Shown piece by piece: positions 17,948-27,285 of a DNA stretch of 61,879 bases. The stretch is from positions 1 to 61,879 of IMG/VR virus record IMGVR_UViG_3300032073_003536, one strand, 5' to 3'. The number at the start of each line of letters is the position of its first letter. Within the stretch, counting starts at the first letter, position 1. The notes below the pieces were generated by a model. It saw only the letters and a program-made list of their open reading frames with translations, was not told where the DNA came from and did no database searches. The translations under genes and the position numbers were made by a program. Origin of the DNA: a virus. Its lineage: Duplodnaviria > Caudoviricetes.

Positions 17948-19111
17948 ATGGCTATGAAAACGTATGCTGATAAAATAAATCAGCAATTTAAATCCGGAGC
18001 AAGTAATCTTGTTTCATTACAACAACGTCTAAATGATGCATTAGCATTAAATCCAGTATTTCAAAAAATGCTTGATGGTGCAGTAGACGAATTCAAACGC
18101 AGAAATACGCAATGGAAATCCTTTGAAGATTTAACATTGTGTAATGCAATACCTGTAAAAATGAACGAAGTAGTTATCGATACTACATTACAACGTCCAT
18201 TAAACATTAGGCACATTATAAAAATACTTGACCATTTTAGTCAAAGTATGGTTATGCCTATACAGGTGTACAAAGAGGTACCTCCCGGCGATGAATGGAT
18301 TGCATGGGACGGACAACATACTGCTATAACATTATACATAATTGCAACAAAAGTATTTGGGCAACGTCCTGCTACTGTTACAATTCCAGTTAATGATTAT
18401 CCAGTTGAAAATAAACTAGAGATTAGGCAAAACTTTATTTTACTTAATGGTGATGCTAAAGAGCCTTTAGACTTTATTGATACTTATAAGCAAATGGTAT
18501 ATGGTGTAAGAGTAGATGGTGCAACAAATGAAGATTGGATTGACACAGAACTAAAACAACAATATCTAGAAGACGCAGGTATCTTTGCTACCAACAGTAA
18601 GTTTGGTGATGAAGATGAGCAAGGTGCATTTACTTTGTTAGCAGACACACTAATGAGTAAAAGTCTTAAAACAAGAAAAGATCCACAAATAACAAAAATG
18701 TTTACTAGTTATTGGGGTTACTTAAATCAAGAACGTCCAGTACAAGCCAAGGAGGCTAGGCAGTTATATGAATACTTTGATGCTTGTTTTACACAAGGAA
18801 TTGTAGTAGATGATGAATACTGCAGAAAACTTGCCGACTTTACCAAAGAGTTCTTTGAAGGTGACTTCAGCGAAAGCGGAATGTTTTGGGATAAGGTAAA
18901 ACAAAGTTATTCCAATTGGTACCGTGGTGCTAATAAACATAGCGAAGATAAAAACGAAGATGGAGAAATAATTGTAAGAGGGTTTACTACAGAATGGAGA
19001 TGTGGCGGACCGTTTATTATTTCACAAATTAATAAAAGTACAGACTTAGAAACTCCAAGTTACACTCCTAACAATGGTTATAGTGTAAAGGATTTTGAGT
19101 TATGGCAATAA
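17948..19111 (+). CDS. ParB/Srx-superfamily (DGQH-motif) protein
   Basis: IDTTLQRPL and WDGQHT. Confidence 0.65.
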   Translation: MAMKTYADKINQQFKSGASNLVSLQQRLNDALALNPVFQKMLDGAVDEFKRRNTQWKSFEDLTLCNAIPVKMNEVVIDTTLQRPLNIRHIIKILDHFSQSMVMPIQVYKEVPPGDEWIAWDGQHTAITLYIIATKVFGQRPATVTIPVNDYPVENKLEIRQNFILLNGDAKEPLDFIDTYKQMVYGVRVDGATNEDWIDTELKQQYLEDAGIFATNSKFGDEDEQGAFTLLADTLMSKSLKTRKDPQITKMFTSYWGYLNQERPVQAKEARQLYEYFDACFTQGIVVDDEYCRKLADFTKEFFEGDFSESGMFWDKVKQSYSNWYRGANKHSEDKNEDGEIIVRGFTTEWRCGGPFIISQINKSTDLETPSYTPNNGYSVKDFELWQ

Positions 19112-19542
19112 GAAATCCAAGCAAAGATAAGTTAAAGTCTAACGCAGTATTAAAGGAACAACTAAGTAAACCTTGTATGCTGGAGGATTGTGATAATACT
19201 ATAAGTATATATGACGGGCCAGGCAGTAACGTTTTGTGTAGGGACCATCAATTGGAATGTGTTGAATATGGAGGTATGGGTAAACCAGAGAGACCTTGGA
19301 CATTTTACAGAACTATGGAATGTGCAAAGTGTGGATATAATCCAACTGAAGATCCACAGTTCGATGAAATAGAAGATGAGTACCACAGACTTCGTGTAAT
19401 GCGAGCCATTATGCATGGAGACCATATACACCTAAAAAGTCAAGGTGGTGCTAATACGGCAGATAACATACAGACATTGTGTGTTAAATGCCATATGATA
19501 AAAACATATAAAGAGAAGGACTATCTTGGCACAAAGCAATAA
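19102..19542 (+). CDS. HNH endonuclease with zinc fingers
   Basis: CAKCG...DHIHLKSQGGANTADNIQTLCVKCHMIKT. Confidence 0.88.
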   Translation: MAIRNPSKDKLKSNAVLKEQLSKPCMLEDCDNTISIYDGPGSNVLCRDHQLECVEYGGMGKPERPWTFYRTMECAKCGYNPTEDPQFDEIEDEYHRLRVMRAIMHGDHIHLKSQGGANTADNIQTLCVKCHMIKTYKEKDYLGTKQ

Positions 19543-19915
19543 AGAAAATATCCTCAGGAAACATATCCATACTGAGTCAAATGATAAGGCACAAGAACGT
19601 CTTATCATTTGTGCTCCTGTTAGTGATGATGCAGACTATGAATGGATAGTAGGTTTAGCAGTTGACGAAGCAATTAAGCCATTTAAAGATTGGTTTAAAG
19701 AAAATGACATACCGCATGTATTTGAAATTAATTGGGGTAGTCCGTGGCTAGATGAACAAGCAAGTCATTTATTTTGTATAAATGTTACTTGCCGTCCAGA
19801 AGGAAGAACTTTAACTAAAGAAGAGAGTATGGTGTTTGAATTAAAATTTAACGGAAAATTCCCTATTCTAAATATAACAGAATATATAGAAAAGGCGGCT
19901 AATAAATGGCAATAG
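19526..19915 (+). CDS. Hypothetical protein
   Basis: ORF in operon. Confidence 0.65.
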   Translation: MAQSNKENILRKHIHTESNDKAQERLIICAPVSDDADYEWIVGLAVDEAIKPFKDWFKENDIPHVFEINWGSPWLDEQASHLFCINVTCRPEGRTLTKEESMVFELKFNGKFPILNITEYIEKAANKWQ

Positions 19916-20163
19916 ATAAAGCATCATTAAAAGAATCAGTAATAGACACATCACTAGCATTAGTAATTAACTTTCCATTGAATATGTTATTGTTGTATAT
20001 TGCTAATAGAACATTTATACCTGACATGGAATCAGAACAAGAACAAATATTTTGGACATCTGTTTTCCTAACTGTAGTGTTTACACTTGTAGCAGTTACA
20101 AGAAAATATTTTGTTAGAGGATACTTTAAAGCCAAAGAGATTAGAAAAAATGCAATACATTGA
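19906..20163 (+). CDS. Two-helix membrane protein
   Basis: SLKESVIDT...INFPLN...RKYFVR. Confidence 0.7.
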   Translation: MAIDKASLKESVIDTSLALVINFPLNMLLLYIANRTFIPDMESEQEQIFWTSVFLTVVFTLVAVTRKYFVRGYFKAKEIRKNAIH

Positions 20164-21103
20164 ACACGGATTCGCAGGACGTGATATTCCTTCAATTGAT
20201 ATAGTAAAAGGTTTATTTGACACAATTGAACGAGAAGGAAAGTATAAACATATTATAGATACAAGTGTGTTGTGGAACTTTAATGATGTGTATAATCCTG
20301 ATCATTTCCCTAGAGTACAAAATCCTTTAGAAGGTCGTAAGAATTTAATGTTGCTAGTTCAATTAATGGACCCTGCTGGATATTTAGATAACAATAACGA
20401 TTTTAATAATAAAGGCTGGCATGGAATAGATATTTTAAGTGATAGAACATGCATGTATAACTTTTGGGCAGAGTATTGGTGTGATTACTGGACAAACAAT
20501 AATGAAAAATTTGAGACGGATGTTGAACTAAAATTTGATACACACTTTAAAAAATACCTAATGTATAATAGAAAGCCAGTGCACCATAGAGTAATAGCAG
20601 TTGACCAACTAGAAAAAGGAAACCTTTTAAACGACGGCTATGTGACTCTAGCAGACCAATTAACATTACCCATGCCTGGAGTTAAAGATGTATTTTTAGT
20701 TACAGATGGTGATATAGAAAAGAAATCAGATCCATCATTAGGTGATATGCATATATGGAATCATGCATTTGTGAATGTTATTAGTGAAACATCTATGGAT
20801 GGCACATTTATGAGTGAAAAAACATTTAAGCCTATTGTTGGTAAAAGGCCTTTTGTTAGTTTTAATAAAGAACGTACTCAACGTCTAATAGATGTAGGCT
20901 TTAAAACATTTGGTAATTTTTGGAATGAAAATTTAGATTGGTATGAGCAAGTAGACTTTATATGTAGACAAGATGTTGATACACTCAAAGGTTGGTGGGA
21001 ATCATATGAAATGCAAGATATATTAGAACACAACAAAATGCATTTCTGGAGCACCTATCAAGCCATAAACAAACAATTTCTATACGATTTTATAAAAAAA
21101 TAG
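20150..21103 (+). CDS. Glycosyltransferase-like phage protein
   Basis: YNRKPVHHR, VISET...SEKTFKPI, GFKTFGNFWNE; related to 27937..29448. Confidence 0.55.
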   Translation: MQYIEHGFAGRDIPSIDIVKGLFDTIEREGKYKHIIDTSVLWNFNDVYNPDHFPRVQNPLEGRKNLMLLVQLMDPAGYLDNNNDFNNKGWHGIDILSDRTCMYNFWAEYWCDYWTNNNEKFETDVELKFDTHFKKYLMYNRKPVHHRVIAVDQLEKGNLLNDGYVTLADQLTLPMPGVKDVFLVTDGDIEKKSDPSLGDMHIWNHAFVNVISETSMDGTFMSEKTFKPIVGKRPFVSFNKERTQRLIDVGFKTFGNFWNENLDWYEQVDFICRQDVDTLKGWWESYEMQDILEHNKMHFWSTYQAINKQFLYDFIKK

Positions 21104-21123
21104 CATTTTTTTGCAAAAAAAGG

Positions 21124-21172
21124 TTGATTTTTTGCCAAAAAGTACTATATAATATATTAAGTTGTATAAATA
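21124..21172 (+). promoter_or_regulatory. Tandem sigma70 promoter and T4-type late promoter
   Basis: TTGATT-N18-TATAAT (21124-21153), then TATAAATA (21165-21172). Confidence 0.7.
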
Positions 21173-21174
21173 AC

Positions 21175-21575
21175 TTTGCAATTTTACTAATGCAAGGGCA
21201 ATAGAATCGTAAGAAACTAAAGTCTACTGCAAAAGAAAAATTGCTATAATGATGCACAAGGTAAGTGAATCGTAAGAAACACAAACCGAATGGTATTATT
21301 ATATAAACTGGAGATTAAGTCTTCAAAAGTGCTCGGGCTTTGCAATATAAGTCTTCAAAAGAGCACGGACTTAAACCTCTTAGTTTTGATAGTTGAAGGA
21401 CACTCCTCGGAGACACAAATTCAACATTTGGGGTAACCAACAAACGGCTTTAGATGGCAACACCTGAAGACACGAAGAAGATTACCAAGTAGACTAGAGC
21501 GACAGGACACACACTAACGAATGCCGCTCTACTCCGCGAACTTTTTATTCGCCAAATGGGTTTAAGAAGTTTAAG
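21175..21575 (+). ncRNA. Large modular structured RNA of unknown family
   Basis: ORF-free; duplicated hairpins with compensatory changes, GNRA tetraloops, complementary loops GTGCTC/GAGCAC. Confidence 0.8.
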
Positions 21576-21583
21576 ATAGAAAA

Positions 21584-21610
21584 ATAACTTGCTAAACAAT
21601 AGGAGATTAT
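21584..21610 (+). promoter_or_regulatory. ROSE-like RNA thermometer hairpin
   Basis: CUUGCU pairs with the AGGAG Shine-Dalgarno (bulged G) directly before hsp20. Confidence 0.65.
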
Positions 21611-21611
21611 T

Positions 21612-22058
21612 ATGGTAAATAAGCAATTCAGAATCACATCAGATTCACTATCCCCACTATATAAAATGAGCGTCGGCTTTGACAGAATGGCAGAGCAGTT
21701 TTTTAACGACCCATCATTTGTAAATAACGGTACAGGCTATCCGCCTTACAACATTTCTAAAACATCAGATGACATCTATGAGATTACTCTTGCAGTAGCA
21801 GGATTTAAGAAAGGTGATATCGATATTAGTTTAGAAGACGGTACGTTAAAAATCGAAGGCACTTCAGGTGTACTTGATAGCGACAAAGAAGTTGAATACC
21901 TACATAAAGGTATTGCTGAAAGAAATTTCATTAGGACTTTCAAATTAGCAGAGTTTGTCGAAGTCAAAGATGCCAAGTTAGAAGACGGTATTTTAAAGGT
22001 AACATTGTTTAGAAATGTTCCTGACGCCCTTAAACCACAAAAGATTAAAATTTCTTAA
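21612..22058 (+). CDS. Small heat shock protein Hsp20 (IbpA-like)
   Basis: GYPPYNI, LAVAGF, YLHKGIAERNF, LEDGIL. Confidence 0.95.
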   Translation: MVNKQFRITSDSLSPLYKMSVGFDRMAEQFFNDPSFVNNGTGYPPYNISKTSDDIYEITLAVAGFKKGDIDISLEDGTLKIEGTSGVLDSDKEVEYLHKGIAERNFIRTFKLAEFVEVKDAKLEDGILKVTLFRNVPDALKPQKIKIS

Positions 22059-22075
22059 TAGTACTGGTAAATAAT

Positions 22076-22104
22076 GGGGAGGAAGAATACTTTCTCCTCA
22101 TTTT
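22076..22104 (+). terminator. Possible terminator hairpin
   Basis: GGGGAGGAAG...CTTTCTCCTC then ATTTT. Confidence 0.5.
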
Positions 22105-22115
22105 AGCGAGTACAT

Positions 22116-22319
22116 ATGGCAAAGAAAGACAAAAGAAAACAGATAGTATACCTCATACCAGAAGGTGAGACTAGAGATAGTCACACATATCATTATACAG
22201 CAGTTAAAACAAAAAGGTTGACTTCTGAAAATAAGAAGTTAAAATTAAACAAGTATAATCCGGTAAAACGAATACACGAAACTTTCGTAGAAGCAAAATT
22301 ACCACCACACACCAAATAG
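22116..22319 (+). CDS. rpmG: Ribosomal protein bL33 (zinc-free type)
   Basis: MAKK.KR..V.L...YTAVK...KLKLNKYNPVKRIHETFVEAK aligns with the L33 consensus. Confidence 0.85.
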   Translation: MAKKDKRKQIVYLIPEGETRDSHTYHYTAVKTKRLTSENKKLKLNKYNPVKRIHETFVEAKLPPHTK

Positions 22320-22326
22320 GTTTAAC

Positions 22327-22626
22327 ATGGCAAAAGAGGCAGTAAAGACTAGAACTAGCACAGAACTAAGATATCCAGGCAGATATAATGTTGTCATTTA
22401 CAATGATGACTACACGCCTGTTGAATTTGTTATCAAGATGTTAGTAGAGGTATTTAATAAAGATGTTAATACTGCTAAGTCATTAACGCAGGAAATTCAT
22501 TCTCAAGGTGCAAGTATTGCCGGAACATACAATGCCGAGATTGCTGAACAAAAGTGTTCAGAAGGCATTTCAATTGCTAGAGCAAACGGACACCCACTTC
22601 AACTTAAAGTTGAAAAAGTAGAATGA
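22327..22626 (+). CDS. clpS: Clp protease adaptor ClpS
   Basis: [30 protein letters not shown]. Confidence 0.95.
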   Translation: MAKEAVKTRTSTELRYPGRYNVVIYNDDYTPVEFVIKMLVEVFNKDVNTAKSLTQEIHSQGASIAGTYNAEIAEQKCSEGISIARANGHPLQLKVEKVE

Positions 22627-24068
22627 GCATAGATAATCTTAATAAAGAAAAATACGAACAAGGTTTCAATACAGATGTAGAAGCAGATAGTCTGCCGCCT
22701 GGTCTAGACGAAGATACAATAAGACAAATTAGTGCTATTAAAGAAGAACCACAATGGTTACTAGATTTTAGATTAAAAGCATACAAAAAATGGATTGCAA
22801 TGGACGAACCAGATTGGAGTGAGTTAGATTACACACCAATTGATTACCAAGCATTAAGTTACTACTCAGCACCAAAGACTAGAACTAAAGATGATATACC
22901 ACCCGAAATATTAGAAACTTTTGAAAAATTAGGTGTACCTTTACATGAACGTGATGCATTATTGGGAATAGAAAAAGACCCAAGTGTTATCCCAACTGTA
23001 GCAGTTGATGTAGTCTTTGATAGTGTTAGTATAGCAACAACATTCCAAACAGAATTAAAAAAACACGGTATTATATTTTGTAGTATTAGTGAAGCAGTAC
23101 AACATCACCCAGACTTAGTAAGAGAAAACTTAGGTAAAGTTATACCTTATTCAGATAATTATTTTGCTACACTTAATAGTGCTGTATTTACAGACGGCAC
23201 ATTCTGTTATATTCCCAAAGGTGTTAAGTGTCCTATGGAACTTAATACATACTTTAGAATCAATGCTCGTAATACAGGACAGTTTGAACGTACACTTATA
23301 ATAGCAGATGAAGGAAGTTATGTAAGTTATTTAGAAGGATGTACAGCACCAGCATATGATGAGAATACATTACATGCGGCATGTGTTGAACTTATATTAC
23401 ATGATGATGCAGAAATAAAATATTCAACAGTACAAAATTGGTATCCAGGAGATGAGAACGGAGTAGGCGGAGTTTATAACTTTGTAACAAAACGTGCAAG
23501 GTGTGAAGGCAAAAATAGTAAAGTTAGTTGGACACAGGTTGAAACAGGAAGTGCTGTTACATGGAAGTACCCAAGTTGCATACTTAAAGGTGAAGGAAGT
23601 ATCGGAGAATTTTTTAGTGTTGCAGTAACTAAAGGTAAGCAACAAGCAGATACAGGAACTAAGATGATTCACTTAGGTAAGAACACAAAGTCCACAGTTA
23701 TATCCAAAGGTATTAGTTTTGGCGATAGTACAAATACATATAGAGGTGCAGTTAAAGTTAATCCCGGAGCTCATAATGCCAGAAACTATACTAAGTGTGA
23801 TAGTTTAATGTTACAAGATAGCAGAGCATTAACTATACCATATGTAACAAGCGAAAATAATAGTGCTATGATTGAACACGAAGCAAGTGCAGGTAAAATT
23901 AGTGATGAACAATTATACTATTTGCAAAGTAGAGGCATGGATGAAGATGATGCTATGAATTTAATTGTAAATGGATTCTGTAAAGATGTATTTCAGAAGT
24001 TACCATTAGAGTTTGCCGCTGAAGCCAATAAATTATTAAGTGTAACACTAGAAGGAGCAGTAGGATAA
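22623..24068 (+). CDS. sufB: Fe-S cluster assembly scaffold SufB
   Basis: [48 protein letters not shown]. Confidence 0.97.
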   Translation: MSIDNLNKEKYEQGFNTDVEADSLPPGLDEDTIRQISAIKEEPQWLLDFRLKAYKKWIAMDEPDWSELDYTPIDYQALSYYSAPKTRTKDDIPPEILETFEKLGVPLHERDALLGIEKDPSVIPTVAVDVVFDSVSIATTFQTELKKHGIIFCSISEAVQHHPDLVRENLGKVIPYSDNYFATLNSAVFTDGTFCYIPKGVKCPMELNTYFRINARNTGQFERTLIIADEGSYVSYLEGCTAPAYDENTLHAACVELILHDDAEIKYSTVQNWYPGDENGVGGVYNFVTKRARCEGKNSKVSWTQVETGSAVTWKYPSCILKGEGSIGEFFSVAVTKGKQQADTGTKMIHLGKNTKSTVISKGISFGDSTNTYRGAVKVNPGAHNARNYTKCDSLMLQDSRALTIPYVTSENNSAMIEHEASAGKISDEQLYYLQSRGMDEDDAMNLIVNGFCKDVFQKLPLEFAAEANKLLSVTLEGAVG

Positions 24069-24070
24069 TG

Positions 24071-24099
24071 TTGACATTACATAAAAAAGGTAGTAAAAT
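24071..24099 (+). promoter_or_regulatory. Sigma70-type promoter, predicted leaderless sufC transcript
   Basis: TTGACA-N17-TAAAAT, 6 nt before the ATG. Confidence 0.75.
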
Positions 24100-24105
24100 A
24101 AGCGA

Positions 24106-24801
24106 ATGCTAAAACTAAAGAATTGGGCAATAGAAAATGTTATACACAGTATCGATGTAGATTTTGATGCTGGGCGTACTTATGTGGTTATGGGTGCAAA
24201 TGGTGTAGGTAAAAGTACATTGTTACATAGCATTATGGGTAAACCTGGATTAGAAACATCCGGTTCTGCAGAATTTTTAGATGTAGAGATATCAGATATG
24301 GAAGTAAATGAACGTGCTGATATGGGGATGTTTATAGGTTTCCAAGCACCTACTAGTATACCAGGACTTAGTAACTTTCAATTTATTAAACAAGTTAAAG
24401 AACTATCTGTAACAGATATCAAAGATAATCTTACACAATTCAAAGATTTAAGTTCAAAAATGAAACTGCCCGACGATTGGGATAAACGTAATCTAAATAC
24501 AGATGCAAGTGGCGGTGAGAAGAAAAAGAACGAATTAATACAAATGTTAATGATGGATACCAAACTTGCAATGTTAGATGAGCCTGACAGTGGACTAGAT
24601 GTTGACGGCATAAAAACACTTACAGAACAATTAAACAATTGGAGAACAAAAGACAATACTCTTATAGTTGTAACACATTACGATAAACTAATTGAAGGAC
24701 TAAATCCTGATGCAATATTTGTATTGAAGAAAGACCACATAGTAGGTGGTGATAAATCTCTAGCAGATAAAATATTTGCAGAAGGGTTTGATAGTGTATA
24801 A
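24106..24801 (+). CDS. sufC: Fe-S assembly ATPase SufC
   Basis: GANGVGKST, FQAP, SGGEKKKNE, LDEPDSGLDVD, VTHY. Confidence 0.93.
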   Translation: MLKLKNWAIENVIHSIDVDFDAGRTYVVMGANGVGKSTLLHSIMGKPGLETSGSAEFLDVEISDMEVNERADMGMFIGFQAPTSIPGLSNFQFIKQVKELSVTDIKDNLTQFKDLSSKMKLPDDWDKRNLNTDASGGEKKKNELIQMLMMDTKLAMLDEPDSGLDVDGIKTLTEQLNNWRTKDNTLIVVTHYDKLIEGLNPDAIFVLKKDHIVGGDKSLADKIFAEGFDSV

Positions 24802-26062
24802 ACAACTTTACGGTACTAGGTTATTAGAAAATCAGTTTGGCAAAGATGTATATTTTACCTTGCATGACGTAGCAGACTATGTCACATCAGACGAGTATAT
24901 AGATGGCATAGATTCTAACTACTGGTCTCACAAATTACCACAATACAACAAAACATATAAACATAATCTTATAAATTTAAAAGATGATGGTCTACCTACT
25001 AAGCGAAGTGAACAGTTTAATTTTGCAAACTTACATAAATTATATTCATTAGAAATACTTAATAGTCAGCCTACACAAGGTCTCGATTTAGAAAAGTTTA
25101 GTTACCTTGCAAACCAAGATAGAACTATTGTATTAAACGATAGTAATGTTGTTACTACAAATGACTTAGGCAAAAAGGCTCCGTTTAATGTACAGATATT
25201 GGATAGTATAACTGTTAATAAGAATAGAATGTCGGAATATATACAGTTATTGCATCAAGAAGAAAATTTAACTAGACTCACATACGCATTAAGTCCATTT
25301 CCTAATATTATTATTTTTCCAAGCGGCAGTAAAGAGTCTTTTAAAAAGAATCCATTAAGCATACAATATTTAAACTCAGGAGAAGATCCAAAATTAGATT
25401 GTAATACAACTATATTTGATATTCAATATAATACTAAAGTAAAATTAAATGAAACTGTTAAAACAACAGCAGGTCAAATGAACTATAGTATGTATATTCT
25501 AAGAGAAAATTCAGAACTAGTAATAGACAGAAAGTCAAAAGACTCCGGCGGGTGGAATATATTTGATAGTGTGTTCATTTGTCATCCTGGCAGTAAACTT
25601 ACAGTTAATTTTACTAACACAGGAAGTCAATACACACAAGAAAATTTTTATATAAACAGTAGCAGTAAGACTACTGTAAATATTAAAGGCAGAAATAAAA
25701 TATTCAGAGGTAACAATTATCACCAATATGTTTATCAAAAAAGTGACGACCCTGATAATTATAGTAGTATAGATATTAAAAATGTAGGTAAAGAATTCGC
25801 ATCAACAAGTTTCATAGGAAGATATGATGTTGGTGCATTAAGTATAGATTTTGATGGTGATATGAACAATCAAAATTTAATGTTAGACAAGAATGTAAAA
25901 ATGCATACTCGCCCTATTTTAGATATACATACAAAAGAAATAAAATGTCAGCATGGCTGTACTGTAAGTAATGTAAATGAAGAACACATATATTACTTGC
26001 AGAGTAAAGGTATGGATAAGAGTCAAGCAACTGACCTATTAGTAGAGAGTTTTTTATGTTAA
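24794..26062 (+). CDS. sufD: SufD-like protein (divergent)
   Basis: GLPTKRSEQF, NQNLML, RPILDI...KCQHGCTV...YYLQSKG; start uncertain. Confidence 0.85.
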   Translation: MYKQLYGTRLLENQFGKDVYFTLHDVADYVTSDEYIDGIDSNYWSHKLPQYNKTYKHNLINLKDDGLPTKRSEQFNFANLHKLYSLEILNSQPTQGLDLEKFSYLANQDRTIVLNDSNVVTTNDLGKKAPFNVQILDSITVNKNRMSEYIQLLHQEENLTRLTYALSPFPNIIIFPSGSKESFKKNPLSIQYLNSGEDPKLDCNTTIFDIQYNTKVKLNETVKTTAGQMNYSMYILRENSELVIDRKSKDSGGWNIFDSVFICHPGSKLTVNFTNTGSQYTQENFYINSSSKTTVNIKGRNKIFRGNNYHQYVYQKSDDPDNYSSIDIKNVGKEFASTSFIGRYDVGALSIDFDGDMNNQNLMLDKNVKMHTRPILDIHTKEIKCQHGCTVSNVNEEHIYYLQSKGMDKSQATDLLVESFLC

Positions 26063-27285
26063 GAGCGTACCCAAAAGCAAAGAGTATTAAAGAGATTAGG
26101 AATTGCTTTCCTAGTTTAGCATATACAGAACTAGCCTATTTAGATAATGCGGCTAGTACACAAACTGTTGACAGTTCGATTAAAGCAGTCAGCGACTATC
26201 ATTATAATTATAGAGCAAATGTTCATAGAGGTGATTTTGAAACTAGTAGTATTGCTAGTGAGATATATGACCAAGCAAGAGTAGAAATAGCAAAATTAAT
26301 TAATTGTGAAATAGAAGAAGTTGCATTTACAAAAGGCACAACCCATAGTTTAAACATTGTTACTAATTGGTTACAAGATGATAGAAAAGTAATAGTTACA
26401 GAGTTAGAACATCACAGTTTATTAATGCCTTGGTTAAAATCTGGTAAAACACAAAACGGTGGAGATTTAATTGTTGTACCAGCAAGTGACCATGGCGATG
26501 TTAGTTTAGAAGATTTCACAAAAGCATGTAAAGAAAATCCAGGATCAATATGTGCATTCCTTACACAAAGCAATTTAACAGGAATGTGTCTACCTTGGGA
26601 ACATATGGTTAGAATAGCAAAAGAATATGATTGTGAAGTTATTATAGATGCATGTCAAAGCATAGGTCATAAACCTATGGATGTTCAAGCAAACAATATA
26701 GACTGGATGGCATTTAGCGGACACAAGATGTTTGCAAGTACAGGAGTTGGAGTTTTATTCCATAGGGGTGGCTTTGGTGACATAGATAATGCCTATGATT
26801 TAGGAGGCGGTACAGCAGAGCATGTAGACTTCGACGGATACCATTTACATAGTGACTTTAGAAAAATAGAAGCAGGCACACCAGACATTGCAGGAATACA
26901 TAGTATAGGAGCCGCGGCAAAATGGATGCAAGAAATAGGCTATAAAGACATACAAGAATGTGAAGCAGAATTTTTTAACATGCTTGACGACAAAGGATTA
27001 TTCCACATACCAGAACTTAAACTTATTGGTCCTGTTGCACCAAGAAGTGTGTATAGTTTTGTAACAGAATTTAATCCAAGTGACTTAGCAGGGTTTTTAA
27101 GTTTTGATAAAGTATGTGTAAGAACGGGCCATATGTGTGCCCAGCCTGCCAGTAGACGTTACAATAAAAACAATACAGGTGTATTTAGAATAAGTACTGC
27201 ACCGTACAACAACGAACTAGATTGCGTAAAATTAGTAGAGGGTATATGGAAAGCGATGGAAAAGTTGGGCTTCAAGAACAGTTAG
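26056..27285 (+). CDS. sufS: Cysteine desulfurase SufS
   Basis: YLDNAAST, ANVHRG, EHHS, SGHKM, EAGTP, RTGHMCAQP. Confidence 0.93.
   Translation: MLRAYPKAKSIKEIRNCFPSLAYTELAYLDNAASTQTVDSSIKAVSDYHYNYRANVHRGDFETSSIASEIYDQARVEIAKLINCEIEEVAFTKGTTHSLNIVTNWLQDDRKVIVTELEHHSLLMPWLKSGKTQNGGDLIVVPASDHGDVSLEDFTKACKENPGSICAFLTQSNLTGMCLPWEHMVRIAKEYDCEVIIDACQSIGHKPMDVQANNIDWMAFSGHKMFASTGVGVLFHRGGFGDIDNAYDLGGGTAEHVDFDGYHLHSDFRKIEAGTPDIAGIHSIGAAAKWMQEIGYKDIQECEAEFFNMLDDKGLFHIPELKLIGPVAPRSVYSFVTEFNPSDLAGFLSFDKVCVRTGHMCAQPASRRYNKNNTGVFRISTAPYNNELDCVKLVEGIWKAMEKLGFKNS

Noticed and set aside
21196-21373. Short repeats as a mini CRISPR array
   Set aside because: Two different repeat pairs with only two copies each, no regular spacers and no cas genes; covariation indicates RNA structure instead
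21175-21575. tmRNA or RNase P identity for the large RNA
   Set aside because: No tRNA-like GGGG...CCA ends or T-arm and no GAGGAAAGUCC motif found by eye
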